Virus record (IMG/VR): IMGVR_UViG_3300024336_000005
Coordinates: 1 to 64,000 of that record
Strand: one strand, 5' to 3'
Length of the DNA: 64,000 bases
In this document: positions 51,001 to 58,385 of the stretch, piece by piece
How the letters are laid out: the number at the start of each line of letters is the position of its first letter
How positions within the stretch are numbered: position 1 is the stretch's first letter
Notes under the pieces: model-generated
The model's database searches: none
What the model was told of the DNA's origin: nothing
What the model saw: the letters and a program-made list of their open reading frames with translations, nothing else
Translations under genes and position numbers: made by a program

Positions 51001-51869
51001 AGATTCTTTCTATAATTCCGCCCCCCTTTGCCCAAGAGCCCCTTTGCCGCCTTTAGCCCAAGACCTATCCCGGCTCCGCCGAGTGCAGCTGTAAGGGACG
51101 GGGTTATACTGCTATAGGCCGCCATTCCGCCGACCGCCGCGCCCCATCCAGCTCCTCCGCTGCCAATATATGAGAAAGCCCTGTCAAGATCTAGGAGGGG
51201 GATCTCTCTCCTTAGTTCTCCATATCCATATTTTTTGGTTCTTGACCAAAGGTCCTTAGCCTTGGTTAAGGCCCCCCTCCAACCAGAACCAAAGTCAGTA
51301 TTGTGCTTACGGGTTTGCCCAGCAAAACCCGCATGCTTCATTCCCTCTATATAGTTATATTCATCATCAGAACCAGAAAAGAGTAGCCCAACGCCAGCAA
51401 TAGCAGCTGCTCCTCCAGCTAGAAGTCTCCAGTTGCTTTTGATCCCACGCATGGCACGTGCGCTAGTGCCCTCTGGAGCCTCCTTAGCGGCTGTTGCAAC
51501 CGAGGCGGTAGGGTTGGATGGATTAGGGGCAGAAGCCCCCACAGAGGGGGCTGTAGGGGCAGCAAGGGCCATATCATCGGGGTGCCATGGCAGACTTGTC
51601 TCAGCGGTTGGAACATGAGGAACATGAGCCCATCCTCCTGGAGCTCTAGGGGCGTATACCTTGTGCTCTGGGGTGCCCCAAGCAGGAGCAGTTCCAGTGG
51701 TCTTATATATACTGTCTAGAACATCCCAAGCGGCCTGACCTCTTGCACCCTTTAGCTCGTCTGCAGAGAGTCCCCCCATGAGCTTAGAGACTCGCTTCGC
51801 ATGAGCGCCCAGATCATTAGAGGCATCCCAATTGGTTTTACCTGCTGCGAAGTCGTCTATGGCTGACAA
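48033..51869 (-). CDS. Multi-domain polyprotein: nucleotidyltransferase + Ser/Thr kinase + SNase nuclease, separated by repeated linkers
   Basis: NTase YVKGGVARE..KDIDLLV..DMTANQ; kinase LGAGASGEA..VRK..MEY..HGDLNFGNI..IIDYG; SNase DADTV..LRLAGIDAPE..QPYG..YGR..LVRQG..GMW; four EGxxH...DFGS repeats. Confidence 0.85.
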   Translation of the reverse strand: MSAIDDFAAGKTNWDASNDLGAHAKRVSKLMGGLSADELKGARGQAAWDVLDSIYKTTGTAPAWGTPEHKVYAPRAPGGWAHVPHVPTAETSLPWHPDDMALAAPTAPSVGASAPNPSNPTASVATAAKEAPEGTSARAMRGIKSNWRLLAGGAAAIAGVGLLFSGSDDEYNYIEGMKHAGFAGQTRKHNTDFGSGWRGALTKAKDLWSRTKKYGYGELRREIPLLDLDRAFSYIGSGGAGWGAAVGGMAAYSSITPSLTAALGGAGIGLGLKAAKGLLGKGGRNYRKNLAAFKKSRPEIERYEAAAEKINIRAAGPEKTWTPKSTLDLGAGFSHGAPNYAHDSILETQRLLPGGSNALNEAGSVGVYGSRMQKGSREELLSAYAKSSATGNSSVSDSTFFFIPEKELSKLDMSEGAHLYTRNQSIRFESTEKKILRTDMKPRDFRMPRIGHADKPHAVRSYDPKTDAVTLSRTDFIERRELEGFSATGVLRDFFHQKKVEGLRRGTRRLRGEVEVRVLKGVSTEDYNPSHIGRPTKIVKEEGGISAAFSNAEAAGLSDPNNPAAIAGVGALADEIAGMGGNLYVKGGVAREHLVSSLRPEWTRQSKDIDLLVTGDIGLDKVYGAMAKHQSFFDVQIQKDLPSFFKGTDMTANQAVIEASSGRLLHTQAAADDIVAGKVRYLDMSDAGRAHQRMSKFQGYYPGMQIEPGKISGKDDAYNVIEGLRHEGFKGPARKKTADFGSGWNALRGLTRAAETFAEMTGSPGFQDAIALATRVKRLGAGASGEAHLMEGYFRGQSFNFVRKAGRIPKSEVALTSKASSSVGPDVYAARPGRQGQMDMEYFEGSPLKDLSPSELREVGLGRINEAVSTLHEQMRHGDLNFGNIVLTADQRGAKRIGIIDYGSPLGQWTGKGKRHGEIVRKEGGGRQIRAISEEAALKRDKQVVSTLYERQVRSNRALNPEEGMAHGGGVADATRSKKTDFGSPWQGLDHALNRRYEGQIGQQKVTDYEIEDADTVKLMLSGGNTMSLRLAGIDAPEVSHGDAYASNKVFQDQPYGERATEMLEELMASQSSMTAVFDPNAGSTYGRTPALLFGDDNVNLNLQLVRQGAAASLPFGKASDRIFDARAFNRAQEEAVESETGMWSDAGWRAAHNIQKGAKRKITHNAFTDLERLFGNFRASSIVHRIRNPDTELSAMQAAGGRDDSTIQEGLRHGWAQANRQANIGDFGSGYRIDGVINTVKRSTRTRRGLMEGNRIARGWSKRMMNSENWTQHHIGN

Positions 51870-51872
51870 GTG

Positions 51873-52733
51873 CTACTCCTTTTCCTCAGTAATCTGTGCC
51901 TGTAGTTGCTTAACTCTCTTCATTAGTTCAGACATGTGCACAGAAGCGTCCTTAACATTCTCACCCTCTCGAGCGGTCATGACTCTTTGTTCTCTTCTGG
52001 TCCCTACTAGTTCCTTACGAAGACGATCCTTCCGCGCCCACAACTTCTCCTTAATCTTCATAAGGTCAGCTACATCCTTTACATAGTTGTCTACAATGTC
52101 TCCCGCCTTAGTAGTTGTAGTACTAACAAGCTTCTCTTCTGTAAGTCCTTGCAGTTCAGGCTCCGACGCAAGCTTTGCGTTGACCCTGCTCTCTAATAGT
52201 TCTATCTCTGCAAGTTCTAGTATGAACCTTTGGTCTGTATACTCTTCCTCTCTTCCGGTCACATCAAACTCTATGGAAAGCTTTTGTACTGCATCATGTA
52301 GGATGTCTGTCTCTATTGGGCATGCCCTTCCTATTGGAACAACCCGACGACTCTCCCCTGATCTATCTATCTCCTCTTGGAGGCTTACATAAGGACAGGT
52401 GCGGGCACGGGGACAAACCTCTGGGCCCCAGCAGGTCATGATCTGCTGTATAGAAGCACCAGTCTTCATACGCTGGTGAGCGGTCCTTAGGCCGCGAGCT
52501 TCTTCAGCTGTGAGTTGAATATCAGTATAGGCGCCAGAGGCAAGCTTCATCCCGTCGAACCAGTTGTGCCTTACAACATCCCCGCCTTCAGTTATCGCTG
52601 TCCCATTAAATGAGACAAGTGCCATCTTATCTCCTTTGGGAACCTTCTCTAGTATAGGGAGCTTCTTAGGAGAAGGCTTCTCTTGGTCTACTATAGGAAG
52701 ACCATCTTCGTATTCTGGGATCCATTCATCCAT
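51873..52733 (-). CDS. Cys-motif + coiled-coil protein (possible terminase small subunit)
   Basis: CWGPEVCPRARTCP..CPIE; helical C-terminus; near the head of the operon containing terL. Confidence 0.35.
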   Translation of the reverse strand: MDEWIPEYEDGLPIVDQEKPSPKKLPILEKVPKGDKMALVSFNGTAITEGGDVVRHNWFDGMKLASGAYTDIQLTAEEARGLRTAHQRMKTGASIQQIMTCWGPEVCPRARTCPYVSLQEEIDRSGESRRVVPIGRACPIETDILHDAVQKLSIEFDVTGREEEYTDQRFILELAEIELLESRVNAKLASEPELQGLTEEKLVSTTTTKAGDIVDNYVKDVADLMKIKEKLWARKDRLRKELVGTRREQRVMTAREGENVKDASVHMSELMKRVKQLQAQITEEKE

Positions 52734-52999
52734 TACAACTTCTCCGCTAGCATCTTAACTAGTTCCTTAAACCTTTGATATTCTTCAGGTTGCTTCAACC
52801 AATCAATTACACACCTTCTTACGTAGGTGCAATCCATGGGGTCCTCTTTGGTCGTAGCTCGGAGCATGCCAGCGAACCTCTCTGCATAGAGAGGGCCTTC
52901 CATGAGTTTCTGTAGCTCGTGAATCAGGAGGATGTTGTTTAGTATGTCTTGGAGGGAGGAGCCGAGTTCGGCTCTGCATCTGGCATCTAGTGCGCTCAT
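52733..52999 (-). CDS. Hypothetical protein
   Basis: GAGG RBS; coupled to the next gene. Confidence 0.55.
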   Translation of the reverse strand: MSALDARCRAELGSSLQDILNNILLIHELQKLMEGPLYAERFAGMLRATTKEDPMDCTYVRRCVIDWLKQPEEYQRFKELVKMLAEKL

Positions 53000-53031
53000 A
53001 AGTGCCTCATAGGTTTTGTAAGGGATTACAA

Positions 53032-53061
53032 ATTATACCTTATTGCGGCGTTAGGAGGCAA
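53032..53061 (-). promoter_or_regulatory. Possible sigma70-type promoter
   Basis: Minus strand TTGCCT-N18-TATAAT upstream of the ORF starting at 52999. Confidence 0.4.
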
Positions 53062-53482
53062 CTGTGCGGAGGGATCCTTGCTTTAATTCTTCTAGTTGCG
53101 CGGGTGAGAGATTCATCTCAATGATAGAAGAAGTCTTCTTGTCACCAGACTCTGGCGGGTCTGGTGCTATCCACTTAAAGGCCATGGAGACAAGTGCGGC
53201 GGCGATGAGAGAAGCGACAATAGATATGACCGCCCACTTCCCACTAAAGGTCGCGCCGGTGGTCTCTAGCTCCCTCAACCTCTTCTCTTGATCTACGTCC
53301 TTCGATTCCAATACGTTGACCTTTACTTTTAGTTTGGTCAACTCCTCGGGATGATAGCCTATCATCCTGCCCTTAAGTTCTTGTACGTCCCCGCTTATCT
53401 TTTCATAGTTATCATTTAATCTTTCTAGTTCTTTTAGCACATGGCGGGACCACTCATTCCACCCATTTTGATCATTGCTCAT
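53051..53482 (-). CDS. Coiled-coil + single transmembrane protein (holin/XhlA-like)
   Basis: Coiled coil ending EKRLRELE, then WAVISIVASLIAAALVSMAF. Confidence 0.45.
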   Translation of the reverse strand: MSNDQNGWNEWSRHVLKELERLNDNYEKISGDVQELKGRMIGYHPEELTKLKVKVNVLESKDVDQEKRLRELETTGATFSGKWAVISIVASLIAAALVSMAFKWIAPDPPESGDKKTSSIIEMNLSPAQLEELKQGSLRTVAS

Positions 53483-53946
53483 TGTAGATCTCCCCGCTGT
53501 TTTTTGCTATTAGGGCAAATTTGACAAGGAGAGGGCCAGAGGCGACCAAAGGTATAGGTCTCACTCTCGTCATGCCTGGACCAGCTAGTCCAAAGAACTG
53601 TAACGTACTCCCCTTCTTTAGTCCTCAGCCGATTAGAAGTCACAAAGTACCCCAACTCTTGTGGACTTCTTGCATGCATAACCCTTTCGATTTTTTCCCT
53701 ATCCTCAGGATGAATGATATCGGAGATAGACCTCCCTTTAATTTCACTCTTTGAATACCCCAGTTCACGCAAGGCCCTGGGGTTGCAGTCTTCTATGATC
53801 AAATCGTTGAAGATAAAGATCATGTCAGGACAAGAGTTGTAGAAGTCCTCGAGCTGAGAATTCCTCTTTGCCAACTCATCGTCCCTTCTGTTCAAAGCTA
53901 TCGTTAGCTTCTTCAGTTCGGTCAGTGTTTTCATGATTACATCCAA
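53479..53946 (-). CDS. Stand-alone PAS-domain protein
   Basis: FYNSCPDMIFIF..IEDCNPRALRELGYSKSEIKGRSISDIIHPEDR...NRLRTKEGEY. Confidence 0.85.
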   Translation of the reverse strand: MDVIMKTLTELKKLTIALNRRDDELAKRNSQLEDFYNSCPDMIFIFNDLIIEDCNPRALRELGYSKSEIKGRSISDIIHPEDREKIERVMHARSPQELGYFVTSNRLRTKEGEYVTVLWTSWSRHDESETYTFGRLWPSPCQICPNSKKQRGDLQ

Positions 53947-54009
53947 TAGGCGGGAGTACGGTTCAATAACAATAGAAAGCCCTTCCGGTGCGGGACGAGA
54001 ATGGGTTCT

Positions 54010-54113
54010 AAAAAAATATGGGAAAGGGAGGGAAATATAGGGGAAAAATAAGGGAAGGCTGAAGGATTGAATATAGAGGAAAATAGGGAAAACATAGGAA
54101 AAATAAGGGAGGA
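54010..54113 (+). repeat. Purine-rich degenerate tandem repeat at the strand switch
   Basis: GGAAAAATAAGGGA exact at 54042-54055 and 54097-54110, with related units around them; G4-type motif at 54020-54043. Confidence 0.7.
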
Positions 54114-54274
54114 CCTAGTGTAAGTGTTGGGAGTAGTAGGGTACCTATCGGTGCGAGCCCCTACCCCGACGACTTGGATAGCATGTTGCTATCACACTGG
54201 GCATAACGTCCAACAACCAGAGAAGTAGCAGGCATATCGTCTGTCTTCTCTATGCATGACTTAGGAGTTATATC

Positions 54275-55081
54275 ATGCAGTCCATCATCACCTCCATCAT
54301 CGCCCTGTCCGATCACCTGTACCACGCCCTCATCAACGCGATCGACACGCAGGATGCTGTGGCGCGCTGCTACGATGCGATCTGGTACTACCACGCACAG
54401 GTCCGCATCGACAACGGGCACAAGACCGAGACCTTCACCCGTGAGGGTGACAGCGTCATGCGTGAGGTGGTGTACAACGCCTCCATCATGGGCAAGGCCA
54501 GTCGCAAGCTGGCTGTCACCGGTCACGCGCAGGTGCTCATGGATGTGAGCAAGCTGTCCTTCACCCACACCTATGCTCGTGAGCCCCAGGCACACACGAG
54601 TCAGGTGAAGGTCACCATCGTGTACCCTGCGGCCAAGGCTGAGCCCACTGACCTCGAGGTGCGCCTCGCCTACGAGGAGTGGATGAACATCCAGGGCCAC
54701 CTGGAGCCCAAGGAGGAGGCCAAGGCTGAGGCTGATGCTGAGGTGGTGGAGGATGAGCACGTGGTGGAGGACTACTGGTACCTCATGGAGGACTACACCA
54801 AGGAGGATGCCCTCCACCTGGAGCGCAGCACGATGGGCAAGGACCGTAAGGCGTGGGATAGGCCCAACCGGGTGCTGGAGGTGGCCATGGAGGCACAGGC
54901 CAAGGCCCGTGAGGAGGAGGCAGAGGCCCTGTACCAGAGGGAGATGGCTGAGGCCAAGGCCCTCTGGGAGGCCAAGGTTGAGCTCTTCAAGAAGGTGAAG
55001 GGTGGCATGCCCAAGTACCCCCGAACCCACTATGGTAAGCCCATGCCTCGGGCCTACTGGAAGGAGGTGTTCGGGGGCTAG
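54275..55081 (+). CDS. Hypothetical early protein
   Basis: AGGAG RBS, strong GC3 bias. Confidence 0.8.
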   Translation: MQSIITSIIALSDHLYHALINAIDTQDAVARCYDAIWYYHAQVRIDNGHKTETFTREGDSVMREVVYNASIMGKASRKLAVTGHAQVLMDVSKLSFTHTYAREPQAHTSQVKVTIVYPAAKAEPTDLEVRLAYEEWMNIQGHLEPKEEAKAEADAEVVEDEHVVEDYWYLMEDYTKEDALHLERSTMGKDRKAWDRPNRVLEVAMEAQAKAREEEAEALYQREMAEAKALWEAKVELFKKVKGGMPKYPRTHYGKPMPRAYWKEVFGG

Positions 55082-55311
55082 GTAGCATAGGTATGGTGAC
55101 CCCTCTTCGGAGGGGGCTCCATATGGGTACATGTGGGGTGTATGGTGTATGCCATATGCTACTACGTGTACCCATATGGGGTACTGTATAGGTAGTAGGG
55201 TATAGCCCTGCTACTGGTACCACTGGGCATACCACATGGGGTGGTGTGCTATAGCAGGGGGGTGTATAGCCCGAGCCCCCCTCTGTGTATAGTAGGGCAT
55301 AGGGGTACTAT
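55082..55311 (+). other. Highly structured intergenic region
   Basis: CCCCTC-TTCG-GAGGGG; long stem CCATATGGGTAC..GTACCCATATGG; GTAGTAGGG..CCCTGCTAC. Confidence 0.55.
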
Positions 55312-55515
55312 ATGTACGTCATCAAGACCGAGTGGGCCCGCTACGTGCGAGGGACGTTGAGGGACGTTGAGGTGCGCCTCAGCGTCGTGACCCACGAGGA
55401 GGCCAAGCGGCTTCTCCGCACTGAGGTCCCCCTCGTGGGGAGGTCCCTCCAGGGGATCTCCTCCCATGTGGGGGACCGACTGAGCGTCCCCACCTGGACG
55501 CTGGTCAGCGAGTAA
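55312..55515 (+). CDS. Hypothetical early protein
   Basis: GC3 bias; AGGGG RBS. Confidence 0.65.
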   Translation: MYVIKTEWARYVRGTLRDVEVRLSVVTHEEAKRLLRTEVPLVGRSLQGISSHVGDRLSVPTWTLVSE

Positions 55516-55615
55516 GGTGATGGGGCACACGACTGTCGTGAGACAGCCGTGTGTTTAAACCACAGGACCGGTCCAAAGTCCGGTCCAAGCAGCCCCAAGG
55601 GGCATAGGAGTAGTC

Positions 55616-55801
55616 ATGATTGATTCCACCAAGCGGGTCACCCTCGATGAGGTGTTGGAGTTGTCGGGTGTGGAGGACCAGAGGGTCTTCGCCTGGGAGC
55701 AGTGGGTCGTCAAGGGCAAGGGGGTCCAGGTGACCCTGGACGTCGACTTCGACGAGAAGACCCACAAGTACAAGGAGATCCACATCTTCATCGGGCGTTA
55801 G
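55616..55801 (+). CDS. Hypothetical early protein
   Basis: AGGAG RBS, GC3 bias. Confidence 0.75.
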   Translation: MIDSTKRVTLDEVLELSGVEDQRVFAWEQWVVKGKGVQVTLDVDFDEKTHKYKEIHIFIGR

Positions 55802-55810
55802 CGCCCGATG

Positions 55811-55951
55811 AGCCCTTCCCCACCGGGCTAAAGGTGGGTGTTCCACATAGGCGCATCAGGGGTAACACCTTGGATGCGTCTTATATGGGGCATAGGCACA
55901 TGTTGTGCCACCCCTTGGTGCAGGTACGCACCATACACGCCCTATTGGGCA
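55811..55951 (+). ncRNA. Structured element family 2, copy 1 (pseudoknot plus conserved stems)
   Basis: Shares its architecture and 20-nt/16-nt blocks with 56270-56406. Confidence 0.55.
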
Positions 55952-55971
55952 CATTAGATAGGAGCTCACCC

Positions 55972-56247
55972 ATGAGCAAGTCCAACGTCGGCAACGAGAG
56001 CCAGTTCATCAACTTCGTTAATGGTTTGTGCGCGGGAAGCCTGTTGCAGTTCGCCATCATCGGCCTCCACACGGCCGCCTGGAAGAAGGACCAGCTGGGG
56101 ACTGCCAGGCTCCGGCAGTTGGGCCAGTACCACGATGACACCACCAGCCGGTTGATCCTCTCCAACGGCGTCGTCGTGGACGTGGATTGGGGCTTCCAAA
56201 AGGGGCAGTCCGCCCATCGCCTCTGGTGGCGCGTGCGCTCTAACTAG
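55972..56247 (+). CDS. Hypothetical early protein (start MSKSN)
   Basis: AGGAG RBS; the codon bias begins here rather than at 55702. Confidence 0.7.
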   Translation: MSKSNVGNESQFINFVNGLCAGSLLQFAIIGLHTAAWKKDQLGTARLRQLGQYHDDTTSRLILSNGVVVDVDWGFQKGQSAHRLWWRVRSN

Positions 56248-56269
56248 AGCAGCGCAGGCCGCCTGAATA

Positions 56270-56406
56270 AGCCCTCTCCCCCGTCGGGCTACAATAGACG
56301 GGGGATCACATGAGGACATCAGGGGTAGCACCTTGGCGTTCTGATGTGGTTTCTAGGGACATGCCGTCCCCATTGGGCAGTTTCGCCCATCACGCCCTAT
56401 TGGGCA
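56270..56406 (+). ncRNA. Structured element family 2, copy 2
   Basis: Covarying pseudoknot and conserved blocks. Confidence 0.55.
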
Positions 56407-56424
56407 TACATGAAAGGCCATACC

Positions 56425-57012
56425 ATGGCTACCTTCATTCGTTCCTCCCTCCTCCTCGCCCTCCTGTTCATCTGTGCCGGTTGCGGCACCAACCCGATGG
56501 CCTTCGGGCCGTTGGGGTGTTTCGTTTTCTCGTTCATCTTCCTCTTGGCGGGGCTGATGCCCACTAAGGCGGTGATCAAGGACGACGACGAGGAGACCGA
56601 GACGATGTCCTCCCCTGAGTGGGAGGTCCAGGAGTTCCCCGCTCTGGAGATCAAGGGGGAGGTGTGCTGGCCCGAGTGGCTGGAGATCTGCGAGGAGGCC
56701 TGGACCGAGCAGGCCAAGGCTGATGAGAACGCCCGTTTGGCGGCGTGGATCGAGCAGAGCAAGGCCACCATCAGGACCCGACAGGCCGAGTCCAAGCGGA
56801 TCGGCAACTGGATTGAGCAGCAGCGCATCAAGCGGTGGGTCGCGGCCCAGGAGGAGAAGGCCGCCAAGAAGGCGTGGAAGGACGCTGAGTACGCCCGCCG
56901 CTGCAAGGCGGCGCGTCAGGCCTGCGTGCTCGCCGAGCAGGAGGCGCAGGATGAACCCCTCCTGGAAGAGAGGATCGAGGAGTTCCGAAAGGAGATCCTC
57001 TCCTCCCTCTAG
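56425..57012 (+). CDS. Membrane protein with a lipoprotein-like/TM N-terminus and coiled-coil C-terminus (start MATFIR)
   Basis: GAAAGG RBS; LLLALLFICAGC and a second hydrophobic stretch. Confidence 0.7.
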   Translation: MATFIRSSLLLALLFICAGCGTNPMAFGPLGCFVFSFIFLLAGLMPTKAVIKDDDEETETMSSPEWEVQEFPALEIKGEVCWPEWLEICEEAWTEQAKADENARLAAWIEQSKATIRTRQAESKRIGNWIEQQRIKRWVAAQEEKAAKKAWKDAEYARRCKAARQACVLAEQEAQDEPLLEERIEEFRKEILSSL

Positions 57013-57147
57013 TTTAGAATCACGATTCGATAGTCGTCCTGAGAGCTGGGACGTTAAACTGCTCACATTAGCAGCAACCCATGGTGGGAAGCTGCTTAAC
57101 TGGGGTAGCCAATCCCCAAGCCCCGTGATGGGGTAAAGGAGTATACC

Positions 57148-58197
57148 GTGAAGAACATTGCCAAGAAGATTGGTTTCGTCTTGGGTGCCGCGATCGGCAT
57201 CATCATGTTGGCCGTGATCGCGAAGTTCGTGCTGGGCATCGTCCAGCACCTGGTCACCATGGCCCTCCTGGCCGGACCCCTCCTGTTCGCCTTCCCCGCC
57301 GCTCGGCGGCGGGTGTTGGTGCTGCTGAACAAGAAGGGCCAGAAGCTCAAGGAGGCCATCGAGGGGACGCCCGCCTGGAAGGGGCGGCAGGGCGTCAAGG
57401 ACGCCATCCAGGCGGGGCTTGAGAAGCAGTGGGAGTCGTTCAAGTCGGCCGCCAAGGCCGACGTGGAGGGGGAGGAGACCCAGGAGTTGTGCGACGGGTG
57501 CGGGAACATCCCGTTCTCCTGCTCCTGCGCGACGATGTCGCCGGAAGATGTGGCTGAGGCCGTCTGGCAGATGGAGGGGGAGCCTGCGCCCTGGCAGCCC
57601 ACCCTAATCGAGGGTGGGCTGGGGGAGGCCGTGGAGCTGTGCCCGGTCTTCGGGGTGGCCAAGCACTCGTGCGCCGGTTGTGACAACGGGCAGCACGAGG
57701 ACCCCAACTTCGTGGACGAGATGGTGGATGATGACGGCATCCCCGCACCGAAGGACGGTCAAGTGGCGTGCTCCACCTGTGGGTGGCCCCATGGGCCGAA
57801 TGGGTGTCGCAACTGTGACGACCCCATCTGCCTTGGCCGGGACGATGATATGTACGAGTACTGCGGCGGGTGTGGCGAGACTTTCGAGAGCTGCCACTGT
57901 TGTGGCGAGCATGAGGCGGTGAAGGTGGAGGTCAAGGTGGAGGAGAGGCAGTGCTCCTGTTGTGCCATCGAGGGCAACGCGAGGACGGAGGCGTACTGTT
58001 GGTTCCACTCCGAGCAGGAGCGGGAGGGGGCGCTCCTGTCGGTGGCGGAGGCCGAGGAGTTGGCCATCTGCGTGAAGGCCGCGCAGGACGCCGTGCGACT
58101 CCTGGACGACCGCTTGGAGTGGGCCGCCAAGGCCCACGCAGGGACCGACTTCGACGCCTGGTGGGCCTGCCGTCAGGGTTGGAAGGGGGAGAAGTGA
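57148..58197 (+). CDS. Membrane-anchored Cys-rich (multi zinc-finger-like) protein
   Basis: Two N-terminal TM segments; CDGC..CSC, CSTC..CRNC, CGGC..CHCC and other Cys clusters. Confidence 0.75.
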   Translation: MKNIAKKIGFVLGAAIGIIMLAVIAKFVLGIVQHLVTMALLAGPLLFAFPAARRRVLVLLNKKGQKLKEAIEGTPAWKGRQGVKDAIQAGLEKQWESFKSAAKADVEGEETQELCDGCGNIPFSCSCATMSPEDVAEAVWQMEGEPAPWQPTLIEGGLGEAVELCPVFGVAKHSCAGCDNGQHEDPNFVDEMVDDDGIPAPKDGQVACSTCGWPHGPNGCRNCDDPICLGRDDDMYEYCGGCGETFESCHCCGEHEAVKVEVKVEERQCSCCAIEGNARTEAYCWFHSEQEREGALLSVAEAEELAICVKAAQDAVRLLDDRLEWAAKAHAGTDFDAWWACRQGWKGEK

Positions 58198-58385
58198 GGA
58201 AGCTGAGCTGCGAGAAGGCGGTCAGGCTTTTGGCCTGTGCCTCCACGGTGGCTGGCTACTACGGGCCTATCCCGCCGGTCAAGCGGGATGAACTGGTTCA
58301 GGCCCTCGGGGTGACGCCCGAGGAGATCGATGCCTGGTGGAACAACCAGATGAGCATCGAGTGGGACGGCGCCTCCAAGCACTAG
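58194..58385 (+). CDS. Small HTH/homeodomain-like protein
   Basis: GTGA overlap start; KRDELVQALGVTPEEIDAWWNNQ. Confidence 0.55.
   Translation: MRKLSCEKAVRLLACASTVAGYYGPIPPVKRDELVQALGVTPEEIDAWWNNQMSIEWDGASKH

Noticed and set aside
312-52758. Numerous plus-strand ORFs across the structural block
   Set aside because: Fully overlap well-supported, coupled minus-strand genes; Ser/Pro-rich shadow composition
55799-55838. MuLV-like stop-codon readthrough stimulated by the pseudoknot
   Set aside because: An in-frame TAA follows within 10 codons, and the stop-to-pseudoknot spacing varies from 7 to 22 nt
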